Of a stretch of DNA of 64,000 bases, positions 11,726-24,881 are shown piece by piece. This DNA is from Octopus sinensis (lineage: Eukaryota). The position numbers were made by a program, and so were the translations under genes. Within the stretch, counting starts at the first letter, position 1, and every line of letters begins with the position of its first letter. A model generated the notes under the pieces. It did no database searches. It worked only from the letters and a program-made list of their open reading frames with translations, and had not been told where the DNA came from. The stretch covers positions 5,890,001-5,954,000 of the forward strand of contig NC_043003.1 of the NCBI RefSeq assembly GCF_006345805.1. Reading direction: 5' to 3'.

Positions 11726-12149
11726 ATAGTTAATCAAATATATCCAGTGAGAATAAAGTGAACTGGATTTTAGATAAGTGCTCTTGGTATGAGAAATGTC
11801 TATAATATTGAAGAATTTTAAAGATTTAATAAGAGCGATTATATATTATAAAGTAAAAGCAGGAAAATTGCATCAAAAAATCTCAGAAGATATACGTCCA
11901 TAATATAAATAATATTCTATTAATAAAATAAATATATAAAGTGTGATTATTTAAAAAAAAAGGTTTGGGATATCTTACGATTGTTTCATGAAAGTATTAC
12001 CCTTCAAGATGAAATCCAAAATTGATAATCATTATTAGGTAATACATCTACTCATCGGAGAAAAGGACGAATTTCCGTGTAGTCAATCGAATGAGAGAGA
12101 TGCTATTTAAAATCGTTTGATAAAGATGTCGTTTAAAAAGTTGCTGGTA

Positions 12150-13060
12150 TAGATATGTACTGGCACAAACGTGGGTGAAATTTTTTGAAAAAATAATATA
12201 AATCCATGGTAGAATCCTTTGTAATAATCTGCAATGACTGTGTGTAGATAGAAGTCCCATGATTCCTTTTCTCTTTAGTATGTAATCCGTTATTGTAAAG
12301 GTTTCTTTATTGCCTACAAAGGATCAACATAGAGGGGACACTACAAGGTGGGGACAAAAAAAAAAAGCGAATATAAGGGATGAACAAAATAATGGATGAA
12401 AATGAAAAATGAAATGATGTCGTTCGGCCCCACCTCCGAGCGATTTACTTCAAAAACACGGTTGATCTCCATTCTTCTGAACAATGTCTATATTATAATC
12501 ATCGCGAAGACCACGATAGTCTATCCACTTTGGTAATTGGCTGATGTCAATTTTCTTGACCCAGTATTTATAGACCTTATCTTAGACTTTTATTCTTGAA
12601 AATTATTCCAAGTTTGCCACCACACAATGGAATCACCATGGTAATCCGGAAAATGATGTTTTATTTACTTTTATTATATTGTCCCATGTGTCTATCTCGT
12701 CGTAAATTTCTATAATTGTTCTGTCATATATTGCAACCTTTTTTCTCACAGGACGGCGGTGGGGCAGCTTTGGGGCTCCTGTGTACTTGTGCTTGTCTTT
12801 GTGTCGGTGGGGTGTGGAGAGGTTTGGTGTCTATAGGGGAGGATGGGGCAGAGTGGGTGGGGGTTGGAGTCAGGTGAGTGTGGGATGGGGGTCAGCATTC
12901 ACAGGGTTTGCCTATTTTCTCATCTTTTTCTACCAGACTTTTCTCATTCATTCACTTCGTTGTTCACCTCTTCTGCTTCCTCGGCACATGTATTGTCCTT
13001 CGGCGGCGCTGAAGGTGCGGTTTCCTCCCTGCTTACGGGCTTTTTCTTTGGTCCATACAG
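12150..13060 (-). mobile_element. ORF1-like RT-less element B (3' part)
   Basis: Degenerate frame LYGPKKKPV..EEAEEV..; Pro-rich linker; KKVAIYD..YWVKKIDISQLPKWIDYRGLRDDY..QPCF* (stop 12450-12452); hairpin; TTCAT tract; tail with AATAAA at 12306-12311. Confidence 0.55.
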
Positions 13061-13065
13061 GCGGC

Positions 13066-13555
13066 GATACCGTTGTGTGGTGTCAAACGTGGAACAATTG
13101 TCAAGAATAAAAGACTATGATAACGTCTATGAATACTGGGTCAAGAAAATTGACACCAGCCAATTACCAAAGTGGACAGACTCTCGTGATCTTCGCGATG
13201 ATTATAATTTAGACATTCTTCATAAGGATGAAGATTAGCTGTTTTAAAGTCGCATTAACTCTTCAATAAAGTCGCTCGGAGGTGGGGCCGAACGGCTTCA
13301 TTTCATTTTTCATTTTCATTCATTATTTTATTCATCCCTTACATTCGTTTTTGTTGCCACCTTGTAGTGTCCCCTCTCTGTTGACCCCTTGTGGACAATA
13401 CAGAAACCTTTACAATACGGATTACATACTAAAAAGAAAAGGAATCATGGGACTTCTAGCTACACACAGCCATTGCTGATTATTACAAAGGATTTTACCA
13501 TGGATTTATATAATTTTTCAAAATTTTTAGCCAAAGTTTATACTAATACACATAT
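13066..13555 (+). mobile_element. second, inverted copy of element B 3' end (B')
   Basis: Reverse complement of 12150-12634; 15 mismatches in a 150-nt block aligned by eye; YWVKKIDTSQLPKW..*13238; hairpin 13271-13296; tail 13360-13407. Confidence 0.8.
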
Positions 13556-14339
13556 TTTCTATATAGATATATATAAATTTATATATATCTATATATATGC
13601 ATATATGTACATAGAAGAAAGATAGATAAATAGAGAGAGAAATTAGATAGACACACGTAGATGTATTTAGGCAGGAAGAGAAGAAGTGGTGTTTATATCT
13701 ACCATGTAAACCCTGTGTAGTCTCAATATTTTCACTTCCTCATTCGATCACGATGAATAAAGTATGTACTATGATGGATATAGAAAACATAACAATATTT
13801 TGAAGTGTGTGCTGCAGTATGGCCGCAATCCAGTGAATGAAAACTGTAAGAGAACAGAAAAATTAAAATGTAAATTGCCTCAGTGAAATTCTGAGAAGAG
13901 AAATAAAATAGGAAAAAATTAATGAAAGAGTGCTAGGATTTTATATTGAGGGAGAAGAAGAAGAAGAAGAAGAAGATGAAGGAGGAGGAGGAGGAGGAGG
14001 AGGAGGAGGAGAAGAAGATAGTGAGATATTATTTGTGGTTAACATTGAATTGTTTTGACAGTTTAAAAGAGCAATTAATGGAGGGAGGAGGGATGATGGG
14101 AGTAGTGTGAGATATCAGTTGTGATTGTAGATATGTTGCAGCAGAAGGAATGACTACGACAGATACAAGACAACAACAACAACAACAACAACAACCAGAA
14201 CAGCATCAAGAGCAGTAAAAATAGCAAGAACGATAACAGCAACAACAATAATGATGAGGACAACAAGCACAAGAAAAATCTTTTATGATACTTACAACAC
14301 CAAATGCAAGTTTGTGTGTGTGTGTGTGTGTGTGCGTGT

Positions 14340-14795
14340 GCGTAACCGAACATCTTTGTCAAGGGCACAAGATTGGATGTGGTTGACTTTTGCGTCGACC
14401 TTGGCAGCACTATCTCTAGAGATGGATCTCTTGAATTTGAAATAAATGTGAAGGGTGGGGAAAAAATAGCAAAGCTGTTAGAAAACACGACACCTGAGTT
14501 TGGTTTGATAGATGCATCACCATTAAAAGCAGGCTGAGTGTCTCTGAATCGTGTGTCTTCTCCACCCATTTAAACTACTCTGTGACTTTGATTATCGTCA
14601 CATTAAAACCTTGGAACGATTCGATGAAACTTGCTTCAGGAGGAACTAAAGCATCAAATGACAGTCTTTAACGCCAGACACGGTTGTTATTCATCCAACC
14701 AACTCATCCAATATTGAAAAACTCCTCATACACAACCAAATGCGTGGGGTTAGGCCCCTTAATAGGGTGGAGGATGACTGGTTACCAAAGCCTTC
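14340..14795 (+). mobile_element. RTE LINE fragment (RT C-terminal part), degenerate
   Basis: PNIFVKGTRLDVVD..DLGSTISRDGSLEFEI..RVWFDR.ITIK; frameshifted HIKTLERF..; ends at LPK.LL. Confidence 0.75.
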
Positions 14796-15300
14796 TACAA
14801 CCACATGCAGCTGCCTCCCATTTCTCAAGGAGATCACAACCAGGATCCTTTCCAGATCCTCCGGAATCTTTAGGTTGTCCCCAAAAAGATCACACCTGCA
14901 CCATCTGCCGGACATTCAATAGCGTATCCCTACTCTCTAGGTTTGCCCCCAGAGGTGTTGGTCCGATGGGATCCTTTAACTTTTTTTTGAATCGTTCTTC
15001 CACCCAGATGCGTAGGGTACAAAGGAGCCGCAGAGTGTTGCAGTGCAAGGGACTCGGTTTTGAATAAGACTTCTATGTCCACACGGCTTCCCTCTAGACA
15101 CTCACTGGATGTGTTTCCATATTTTTAAGAGCCCTTTTCACATGAGTATCAGTTGCGTCCTCTATGCGGCCGTTCCTCACCGAGATACATCAGGAACGCA
15201 TTTGTTTGTTTTAAACAGAAGTGACGGAGCGAATCCGATTAACGCTTTCCCCTCAATAACAAACTTCGTCGCTCAACTTCCGCTGCTTGTCTTCTAAGGA
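14790..15300 (-). mobile_element. L1/Tx1-type ORF1 fragment (pre-knuckle region), degenerate
   Basis: YLGEERPHRGR..; DNLKIPEDLERILVVISLRNGRQLHVVVEG resembles the segment preceding the ORF1 knuckle (cf. TVEGTPPTC at ~4030). Confidence 0.4.
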
Positions 15301-15829
15301 GAGTTTAATTGGTTCCTGTTAACTTGGATCAGTCATAGAAGTAGGATTGCTGTCGTTGTTGCTGTTGTTGTTGTTGTGGTTGTTGTTGTTGCTGTTGTTG
15401 TTGTTGTTAAGCAACAAGACGGGTAAGGGTGATTAGGTGATGGCCTAGGGCTTAGGGGCGGGAGACCTCAGACCTTGGTAAAAAACTTTGTTCGTCTTGT
15501 TGACGCCCGACACCACTGGGAGATGGCCCTCGAAGTCGCTGGAAATGGAGATCTCCAGGTCCAAATTCTTGAACGGCTAATGTTGCTGCTGCTGCTGCTG
15601 CTGCTGCTGAACGTGTTATTGTTGTCGTAGTTGCTGTTGGCATAATTGTTGTTGCTGCTGTTGTTATTGTTGCTGCTACCGTGGTCTTCACTCTTTGTTT
15701 AACATCCTGTTGTTATGGGTGGTAGTGGTAGTAGTGGTGGTAGTGCTGATAGAGATATGGCAGCAAGCTTTTTGTTGCTGTTGCCACCGCTGCAGCCATA
15801 CACTTCTGCCATCTTGTAAATATTCCAAG

Positions 15830-16790
15830 GTTGGGTGTGCAGATGAAGGGGAGAGAAATCTTCGACTGCGAGAGGTCTGGTGGGAGGAAAGCGGATAGTG
15901 TCGTGTATGAGGCTGAGCTGTAATAGCCTAAGCATCAATGATACATCTGCAAACAACAGAAGCAAGGACAACAGCGGTAGCGGCGACCGCGGCGACAATA
16001 GCAGCACATAAGACAATCCCAAATGTTACGGTGGCGGCATCAACACCAGCTTTGCCACCGGAAATATCTGTTATGGCAGCAGCAAAGGAACCACCAGAAT
16101 CACGTCCAGAAATACCAGCACCGCTAGCGACTCCAGCAAGAACATCAACGACATCAGATCCGAAGTTAACAAAAGAAAAATCGACGGTGACAGCACATCC
16201 AATAAACACAGGAAATTTTGTCGGTGCAGCCGCGCCCCTGTTTAGGCGACATCTGAACAACCGCTTTTAGGATAACAGAACGGCGCAACATCACGTCTCT
16301 GGCTAGCCACGTATGGCGCTTAAAATAGAAGGAACCCATACATCATTAAATGGAAGCCCTCTGAACGAGAGGGGACTTTTATAAACGGGAGCAAAAGATG
16401 TAAGCTTTGCTTAGCAGAGAGGGCAAGAACCGTTAAAATACTCGCTCGACCCGGAGATTCTCATAAACTCAAAGGACGAAGTATTCTGTCAATGCCCGCA
16501 TCTGCAAAGTTTCCTCCTTCAGATTTCAAATTCCTCATTCGTTGAATAGTACCCACCATGGCTCCTTCGATGTAAGCAGGATAACCCTGTTTCACCTGCA
16601 GTACGGACAATTATAATTTTTTTGTTGTTGTTTACAAAACAAACAGACCAACACGTATTTCTTCCTCTAGTTGTAGAGAGGTTGTGCGTCTTCATTTGAA
16701 TCAGACGAGTTAATTATATTGCTAAGCGCTTTATAGATACGAAACCAATGGTCACTCTATGACCGGGCATAACTTTTAACTGCCTAAATA
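15830..16790 (+). mobile_element. Penelope-like element: low-complexity linker, GIY-YIG C-terminus and pLTR
   Basis: N/S/T-rich insert ending KFCRCSRAP; FRRHLNNRF; TSLASHVWRLK..IKWK..SKRCKLCLAE..INSKDEVFCQCPH; hammerhead-like motif 16698-16757. Confidence 0.8.
16698..16757 (+). ncRNA. degenerate hammerhead ribozyme motif
   Basis: gaat-CAGACGA-..-GAAAC-caatg-GTC-actc; core U4 mutated to A. Confidence 0.5.
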
Positions 16791-17246
16791 TACATATGCG
16801 CGCGCGCGTGTGTTCTATTGAAATAATACATTCACAGACACACACACACACAAACACCCACACATACATCAATTGTTTAATTTGTGTTCTAAGAATTCTG
16901 GCCAGCAATCAAGTGTTGTAAAAAGGTATTTTTATATTTTAGATGAGTCATATTAACGGTTATATGTACAAAAGCATTCTCTATGATTCCCATTTCTGTT
17001 GCTGATAGACGTTGTGATATTTCCAGAAATTTCCGTCTTACCTTTTTCTTCGGGTTTAAATTCTTCAGTTGACTGTTCTTCTTATGCTTAAGTTTCACCT
17101 CCACGTGAAACACGACACCTATCGTCATCTTACTGTTCGGGATATAAATTGTTTTATTACTTGCTGTGATTGCTGTCAACTTGTCAACGCAAGAACATTT
17201 CTATGTGTTTGTTTGTTTGTATGAGTGTGTGTGTGTGTATGTGTGT

Positions 17247-17284
<38 letters not shown>

Positions 17285-17388
17285 CAGTTGAATTTAGTCG
17301 GTTTTAAGTTTATCATTTCCTTGCCTTTTATTATTATAATGGTTAAAGTGGGGAGCTCGTAAAATCATCAGTTCGCTAGAAGAAATGT

Positions 17389-18212
17389 CTAGCGACGAGC
17401 TGGCATAAGGCGGCGAGCTGGGATAAGGCGGCGAGCTGGCAGAATCGTTAGCACGCCGGGCGAAATTCTTAGCAGTATTTCGTCTGCCGCTACGTTCTGA
17501 GTTCAAATTCCGCCGAGGTCGACTTTGCCTTTCATCCTTTCGGGGTCGATTAAATAAGTACCAGTTACGCACTGGAGTCGATATAATCGACTTAATCCCT
17601 TTGTATGTCCTTGTTTTTCTCCTCTGTGTTTAGCCCCTTCTGGGTAGTAAAGAAATAGGTATTTCGCCTGCCGCTACGTTCTGAGTTCAAATTCCGCCGA
17701 GGTCGACTTTGCCTTTCATCCTTTCGGGGTCGATTAAATACGTACCAGTTACGCACTGGAGTCGATATAATCGACTTAATCCCTTTGTATGTCCTTGTTT
17801 TTCTCCTCTGTGTTTAGCCCCTTCTGGGTAGTAAAGAAATAGGTATTTCGCCTGCCGCTACGTTCTGAGTTCAAATTCCGCCGAGGTCGACTTTGCCTTT
17901 CATCCTTTCGGGGTCGATTAAATACGTACCAGTTACGCACTGGAGTCGATATAATCGACTTAATCCCTTTGTATGTCCTTGTTTTTCTCCTCTGTGTTTA
18001 GCCCCTTCTGGGTAGTAAAGAAATAGGTATTTCGCCTGCCGCTACGTTCTGAGTTCAAATTCCGCCGAGGTCGACTTTGCCTTTCATCCTTTCGGGGTCG
18101 ATTAAATAAGTACCAGTTACGCACTGGAGTCGATGTAATCGACTTAATCCCTTTGTATGTCCTTGTTTTTCTCCTCTGTGTTTAGCCCCCTTGGGGGTAG
18201 TAAAGAAATAGG
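17389..18212 (+). mobile_element. tRNA-derived SINE (family A): one head plus four tandem 184-bp head-less units
   Basis: tatttcg at 17476, 17660, 17844, 18028 (period 184); A box tggcagaatcg, B box gagttcaaatt; 18-bp head motif triplicated at 17389-17443. Confidence 0.95.
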
Positions 18213-18330
18213 CATTCACCTTCTGAGTTCAAATCCAGCCCGGTCAATTCGCCTTCAGACCTCCGGGTTCGATAAAAATTAGGTAGCAGTAATGTATTGG
18301 GGTCGACGACATCGACTAAACCGTTCATCT
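18213..18330 (+). mobile_element. older diverged family-A SINE fragment
   Basis: ttctgagttcaaatccagcc..gggttcgataaaaattaggtagcag..ggggtcgac. Confidence 0.6.
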
Positions 18331-18849
18331 AAAAACTTTTGTCATTGTGCTTCCATCTCAAGCCCCATCACTATGGTGATGCTAGCTGTGGATATCACGT
18401 TTGCTTTCCTGTATTGCTTCTGCTAAAATCCCTCGAAATGTTGGATCTTTTAGATTCGCCTAAAGGATTTTTACTTTAATATTTTTATTGATCAATTTTC
18501 TTACCATCCAGCATATTCGTAATGATTATGTTTGCTTCTTTTTCTGGTACTTTTGCCAATTGTACCCAATTATTTTAATACGCTGTAATACGCTGTTTCC
18601 CCTATATAGGTTGCAATAGTGTATTTACCTCAAAGATTAGCTCCTTACCTTCTACGTGGGAAGATGATATATATCATTTGACCTATAAGGGTTACTGCCA
18701 ACAACTTGCAGGCCCTTGATCGCATTACTGGAACTCCGACAAGACTGGTTTGCGCAATCCAAAACTTCAGCAACTAGACTTGTATTTTCTATGATTTTAC
18801 GCTCATTAAAAGAGATGTCTCAGGACGTTTTCGTCACCGCTGACGATTT

Positions 18850-20100
18850 CTCAACAGAATCGGTGACTGCAACTTCTCCTACAAACCTTTCAGTTTGTAT
18901 TATAGATAATATTAATGTAATATCACTATATTCATCATTTGATATTGATTTTACCGTGGCAAAGTGTGTGGAGATAATTTGTGACAGTGATATGTTATTT
19001 CATATCAACATGGATGAGCTCCGAATTCTCATAAATCGTGCATGTGATAGTGGATACTCAAAAAGCTTGATCCGTAAAATGTTTTGCCCTCCCCTCTTGA
19101 AACAGATCAAGTTAAACAAAGTCCAGTTATTTCGGCAGTAAAGGAAGCCCCAATGAACTCTGGAAGGAATGGACTAAACCCATCCAAACGCCAAGGGACT
19201 ACGCCCCAATAGATACACTGATGACACATGCTATTGGTGTCAGCATAAGGCTCACACAAAAGTGGCACATATATTTATTACACTTATATAACCTTTCCTA
19301 CTATAGACACAAAACCGGAATTTGGTGGGGGGAGGAGCCAGTCGATTAGTTCGATCCCAGTACGCAAATGGTACTTAATTTATCGACCCTGAAATAATGA
19401 AAGGCAAAGTCAACCTCGGCGGAATTTGAACTCAGAACGTAGCGGCAGACGGGCAGACGAAATAAGGCTAAACATTTCACCCGGCGTGCTAACGTTTCTG
19501 CCAGCTTGCTGCCTTGTTACACTTATATAATCGGGAGAAGGTTTCAGTTACGCATGGCTGGAGACCTAACCAACCTCTTCATTGTATGATAGAGTAAGGA
19601 ACTCGAGTAAATCATAATAGACAGCTCCATATTTGTAGTAATGTCTTGTTGATACGTCGACGATATAAACATTGTGATCAAACCACTGCACAATTAAACT
19701 CAATTTTCCATAACATGGAAAATATCCAGCACATAGGAAATCTCATCGACGAAAGCATTAAGGTGACACTCGAGTACAGATCCAAAAATCGCAACAAAAA
19801 GCAACCAGTTCTAGAAACACGAATACAGGTACAAATAAACGGCAAGGAAGAAATTCTCTACACATATAAAATGAAATCTATGGCTGCTAGTTATTTGTCC
19901 CTACTTGGTCAACATATGTAAAAATAAATATCTTAATATCGTGTCTCGGGAGGGGACTAAAACTATAATTTGCGTATGTCTACCCTGCGATCTGCGGAAG
20001 GATAAATACAGTTTCGTTCCCTGCATGCAATACTCCAGATTCAACCAACGAGATTAGGGCGGAAGGAAGAGAATGACCAAGAAAATATCAGAAACTATCA
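18850..20100 (+). mobile_element. Penelope-like RT remnant, interrupted by a SINE
   Basis: NVISLYSSFDIDF..KCVEII; after the SINE, R(M)AGDLTNLF and (R)YVDDINIV at ~19650 (catalytic DD); LE(D)TRIQ thumb-like segment. Confidence 0.65.
19292..19516 (-). mobile_element. family-A SINE (alternative tail) with 14-bp target-site duplication
   Basis: TTACACTTATATAA at 19278-19291 and 19517-19530 flanks the element. Confidence 0.9.
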
Positions 20101-20920
20101 TCTGCCAAGATGCATGTTCTGTGCATCTAATTCTATTCTACATTGTGATGGGAAGGAAATGTTTGAAGTTAGACAAGAAAAAAATTCAATTCCGGTTTGT
20201 GATATTCAACGGTACTACATCCTTAGGTAAACAACGCCACATTTTTGGACAGATTGCTTTAATGCACTAAATGGAAGTACCTTCTTCTAGTTTTTGCAGC
20301 TTTTCTGCAGTTGATTAGTTCATGTAGATATTATGTGTTACCAGTTTACCAATGACATCCATTTTTCATACCTTTTGTTGTTGGGCAATACCTATCTCTC
20401 TGCATTCATCTTCATCTTCGTACTTTCAAAAAATTAATGAGTTTTTCATCTAACATCAAAATATCTCATGATGTCTTTCACAAATGCCAGCAGGTAGGTG
20501 TAATATATCCGCATATATCAAAGAAAGGTGGTAAACTGATCTTAGACCTTAATCGGGTCTATTTTCCTGCTCAAAATAAAAAAAATGTAAATCTAACGGA
20601 TCCTGTGACTGGATCGGTTACACCATACACGTAAATTTTATCCAACCAATCAAGGTTATTTATGCCATTGACAGGTCAAGGACATTGGGGAATTGTCCAT
20701 AATTTCCATCTTGAAGGTACTCTTTTGGAGACTATTTCGACTATCTTGGCCGGCACTCAGAATTCCTCCCAAACCATAGTTAATCATTGTCGCTCAACAG
20801 AGTACAGCGATCAGAAGGCAAAAATCCAGCAGTTACAGGCTCGTATTGCTACAAAACTTTGCCTTCTCTTGGACACATGCAAATGCTATGTTCGGGCACG
20901 AAACACAGACTGAATTGCGA

Positions 20921-21590
20921 TAATGATGATGATGATGATGATGATGAGGATGATGATGATGATGATGAGGAGGAGGAGGAGGAGGAGGATGACGACGACG
21001 ATGATGTTGATGATGAAGATGACGAGGATGATGGAGAAAAATAAAGAGAACAAGAAAAAGAAGAAAAAAGAGGAGAAGGAGGGAGGAGGAGAATGAGAAG
21101 ATGATGATGATAAGGAGGAGGAGGAGGAAGTGGAGGAGAAGGAGGAGCAGGAGCAGGACGAGGCAGAGAAATTGTGGATGCAAAGATAATGAAATAACAA
21201 TAGTTATAATAACAACAATAATATAATACTGACAATAATATTATTAATATCAGCAACAAGACGATACTACTACTACTACTACTACTAGTAGTAGTAGTAA
21301 CGACAACAGAAATAACAAAAATAACAAGAACAACACTTATAATGATAATAATAATAATAATGATGATGATGATAATAATAACAATGATAATAATGATAAT
21401 AATGATAATAATGATAATAATATCGATGATAATAATGACACTGTAATAGCAATAAAGATAACAGTAATATAGTAATAAAAAGATTAGACAGAAACAAATA
21501 CCAAAGTCTCGCTGGCAATGAACCGCACTAAAATATTATTAACTTTCAAAGAAACCAACAAAAAAAATTACAACAACAACAATAATAATG

Positions 21591-21621
<31 letters not shown>

Positions 21622-21653
21622 TAATAATGATAATAGTAATAATAATAATAATA

Positions 21654-21688
<35 letters not shown>

Positions 21689-21778
21689 AAAAATAATAAT
21701 AATGATAATAATAATGATAATAATAATAATAATAATAATGATAATAATAATAATAATATAATAATGATAATAATAATG

Positions 21779-21818
<40 letters not shown>

Positions 21819-21865
21819 TAATAATAATAATAATAATGATAATAATAATGATAATAATAATGATA

Positions 21866-21896
<31 letters not shown>

Positions 21897-21924
21897 AATG
21901 ATAATAGTAATAATAATAATAATA

Positions 21925-21959
<35 letters not shown>

Positions 21960-22047
21960 AAAAATAATAATAATGATAATAATAATGATAATAATAATAA
22001 TAATAATAATGATAATAATAATAATAATAATAATGATAATAATAATG

Positions 22048-22087
<40 letters not shown>

Positions 22088-22152
22088 TAATAATAATAAT
22101 AATAATAATAATGATAATAATAATGATAATAATAATGATAATAATAATAATA

Positions 22153-22225
<73 letters not shown>

Positions 22226-22292
22226 TGATGATGATGATGATGATGATGATAATATTAATATTAATAATAATGATAAAAATAATAATAATAAC
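20921..22292. repeat. ~1.4-kb compound trinucleotide array (GAT/GAG/AAT/TAG/AAC)
   Basis: Direct reading; explains the poly-D/N/I/L ORFs. Confidence 0.95.
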
Positions 22293-22549
22293 ATGATTGT
22301 TTTTTTCTTTTTCATTTAGCTTACTAAAAAAGCCTCAATTGATTTCGTTACTCACTTCTAAGAATATATTTCCAAGTAAATCTACTTTCTCTTGCAGTTT
22401 CTTTATGTTTTCTTTTAGTTTTCTTTTAAAGTTCTTTTTTTTTACTTTTTCGAAAATTTCAACTCTTCATTTTGTATTTAGTTTTTATTGTGATTGTTTT
22501 TCGATATTTTTTTATTGGTTTATCGCTATTATCTTTGATTTATAATTTC

Positions 22550-22566
22550 AGTACATTTCATGTATG

Positions 22567-22605
<39 letters not shown>

Positions 22606-22870
22606 CATACATGCATACACACGCATATGTGTGTGTGCATGAATGTATATATACATGTGTTTATATATATGTAGGTATATATATCATAAATACACATATA
22701 TAGTAATATATATATATATATGCCTGTATATATACCATATATATATACATAAAATGTATATAATAAATACCGTATAATATATGTGCGTGTATATACACAT
22801 ACATGCAAATGCATATATGCATGTATGTATTTACACATGTGTAAGTGTGTGTGTATATATATATATATAA

Positions 22871-22901
<31 letters not shown>

Positions 22902-23218
22902 ATATGTATGTACCGATACGCATGCGCACACTCTAAACTGGAGTTCAATTTCTCTTATGGTAATACAGTCTATTAGACATTGTTGACGAGAGAAAGAGTT
23001 TTAATTGCAATTTAAGTTTTCAATTAACTAATCGATGATAGCTTTATTTTTATGACGTCTATGATAGGAGCGGTGGAGATGGCGTAGCAGAGCGGGGTGG
23101 TGATGGAGGGGGGGTTGGGGGTTATGGGGGGGTCGACGCGGTCGTTGGTGGAGGTGAATGTAGTGGTGGAGGTTGAGAGTGAGGGTGTGACCATCATAAG
23201 GATGATGATGATGATGAA

Positions 23219-23251
<33 letters not shown>

Positions 23252-23635
23252 GAAGAAGGTGGTGGTAGTGGTGGTAGTGGAAAGGAATATGAAAAGTTAG
23301 AGGATGATATATATGAGAATGAAGATGTATATATGTTAGTACATGCTTATATATATACATGCTTATATATATATATATATATATCACCATATATCAATGT
23401 CTAGACTCATATCTAACTATATATAGTGTGTGTACACATGCAGGTACACACACACACGCATGTATGTATAGATATATATGCATTTATATATATATGCATA
23501 TACATATATATATGTATATATATATATATATGTATATACATGCGTGTGTGTGTGTGTACCTGCATGTGTATACATAGATATTAATGTGTATGTACGGATA
23601 TGTGTGTATGCCCATGCGTGTATATATATATATAT

Positions 23636-23696
<61 letters not shown>

Positions 23697-23745
23697 CATA
23701 CATGCATACATAAAGAAAGAAAGAAAGACAGACAGACAGACAGAC

Positions 23746-23788
<43 letters not shown>

Positions 23789-23790
23789 GA
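22550..23790. repeat. (TA)/(TG)/(CATA)/(GGT)/(GAAA) simple-repeat zone
   Basis: Direct reading. Confidence 0.85.
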
Positions 23791-24593
23791 CATTTCTTTG
23801 TAGAAAGACTAAGAATGAAGTCTCTCCGTAGCTTTATCCGAAATATATTTTTGTTTGATAAGTTCTAATTTTATTTCACTTTTTCTTTTGTTATTTTTAT
23901 TTTTAAAACTTTATTTCCCAGCTATATATAATATCTTGTGTGTTTGAGTTTATCCCTTTGGCAAGAATTCTGAAGAATTTCTGCCTAATTAACAACGTCA
24001 TTTGGCATATAAGCAACACATTAACTGAAGAAATTTGCTCCAATAATGTTAACACGAAGCGATGTTCTCTTCCCGGTCAGAAGTGCTCTCTGCTTTCACA
24101 GAATGTGGCGCAAAGTCATTTCACAATATTAATTGTAAAGTACTTTAGAAAGTCTAAACTAACAAAGACGACGACATCATCGTCATCATCATCAGCATCC
24201 GCCTCATCGTCGTCGTTGTCGCTGTCGTCGTCATCACCATAATCATCATCTATAACATCAACATCATCAATAACTCAAATAATTATAGTGTTGTTGTTCT
24301 TTTACAACAGTAGCAACAACAATGTGAAAGGTCGTGTGTGTTCAATGTTTCGAAAAGTGGAACACCAACAATATTATCATCATCATCATACTCATCATCA
24401 TAATTATCATTATCATCAACAACATTATTATTATTCTATGATTGACTTTTGCTTTACATTTGTACAAGTTGGCACCAAGTCTCACCCAAAGACCTCAAGG
24501 GGCAACAAGTTGGAAGTTCAATGCCTAGGGTACGATATATTTGGTTTTGTACTTAGTGTTGTACTAGTGAATGTATTCTAATTATTATTATTA

Positions 24594-24675
<82 letters not shown>

Positions 24676-24678
<3 letters not shown>

Positions 24679-24771
24679 TAGTATATATTTTTTATTTTTA
24701 TAGCGTGCTTTCACTTCACTACCGAGCGCAGCTCTGTGTGCCTTGGGTATGTGCTGTGATTTTGCCTTGAG
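24676..24771 (-). mobile_element. R4/Dong-clade LINE 3' end (~95 bp) within (TAA)n
   Basis: Nearly identical to 26056-26130; (ATT)n on both sides. Confidence 0.7.
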
Positions 24772-24847
24772 TATATTATTATTATTGTTATTATTATTAT
24801 TATTGTTGTTGTTGTTGTTGTAGTTGTTGTTGTTATTATTATTATTA

Positions 24848-24880
<33 letters not shown>

Positions 24881-24881
<1 letters not shown>

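Noticed and set aside
16889-17179. 96-aa minus-strand ORF with an internal AAG|GTAAGA donor
   Set aside because: No recognisable domain, no convincing acceptor and no partner exons seen.
17406-17520. tRNA gene calls at SINE heads (also 52062-52135)
   Set aside because: A/B boxes are present, but the sequences continue into SINE bodies and have an extended arm instead of a normal anticodon arm.
20787-23900. Long poly-D/N/I/L/H ORFs; likewise at 42000-43900 and 48200-56400
   Set aside because: They are translations of simple repeats that lack stops by composition; no domain or splice support.
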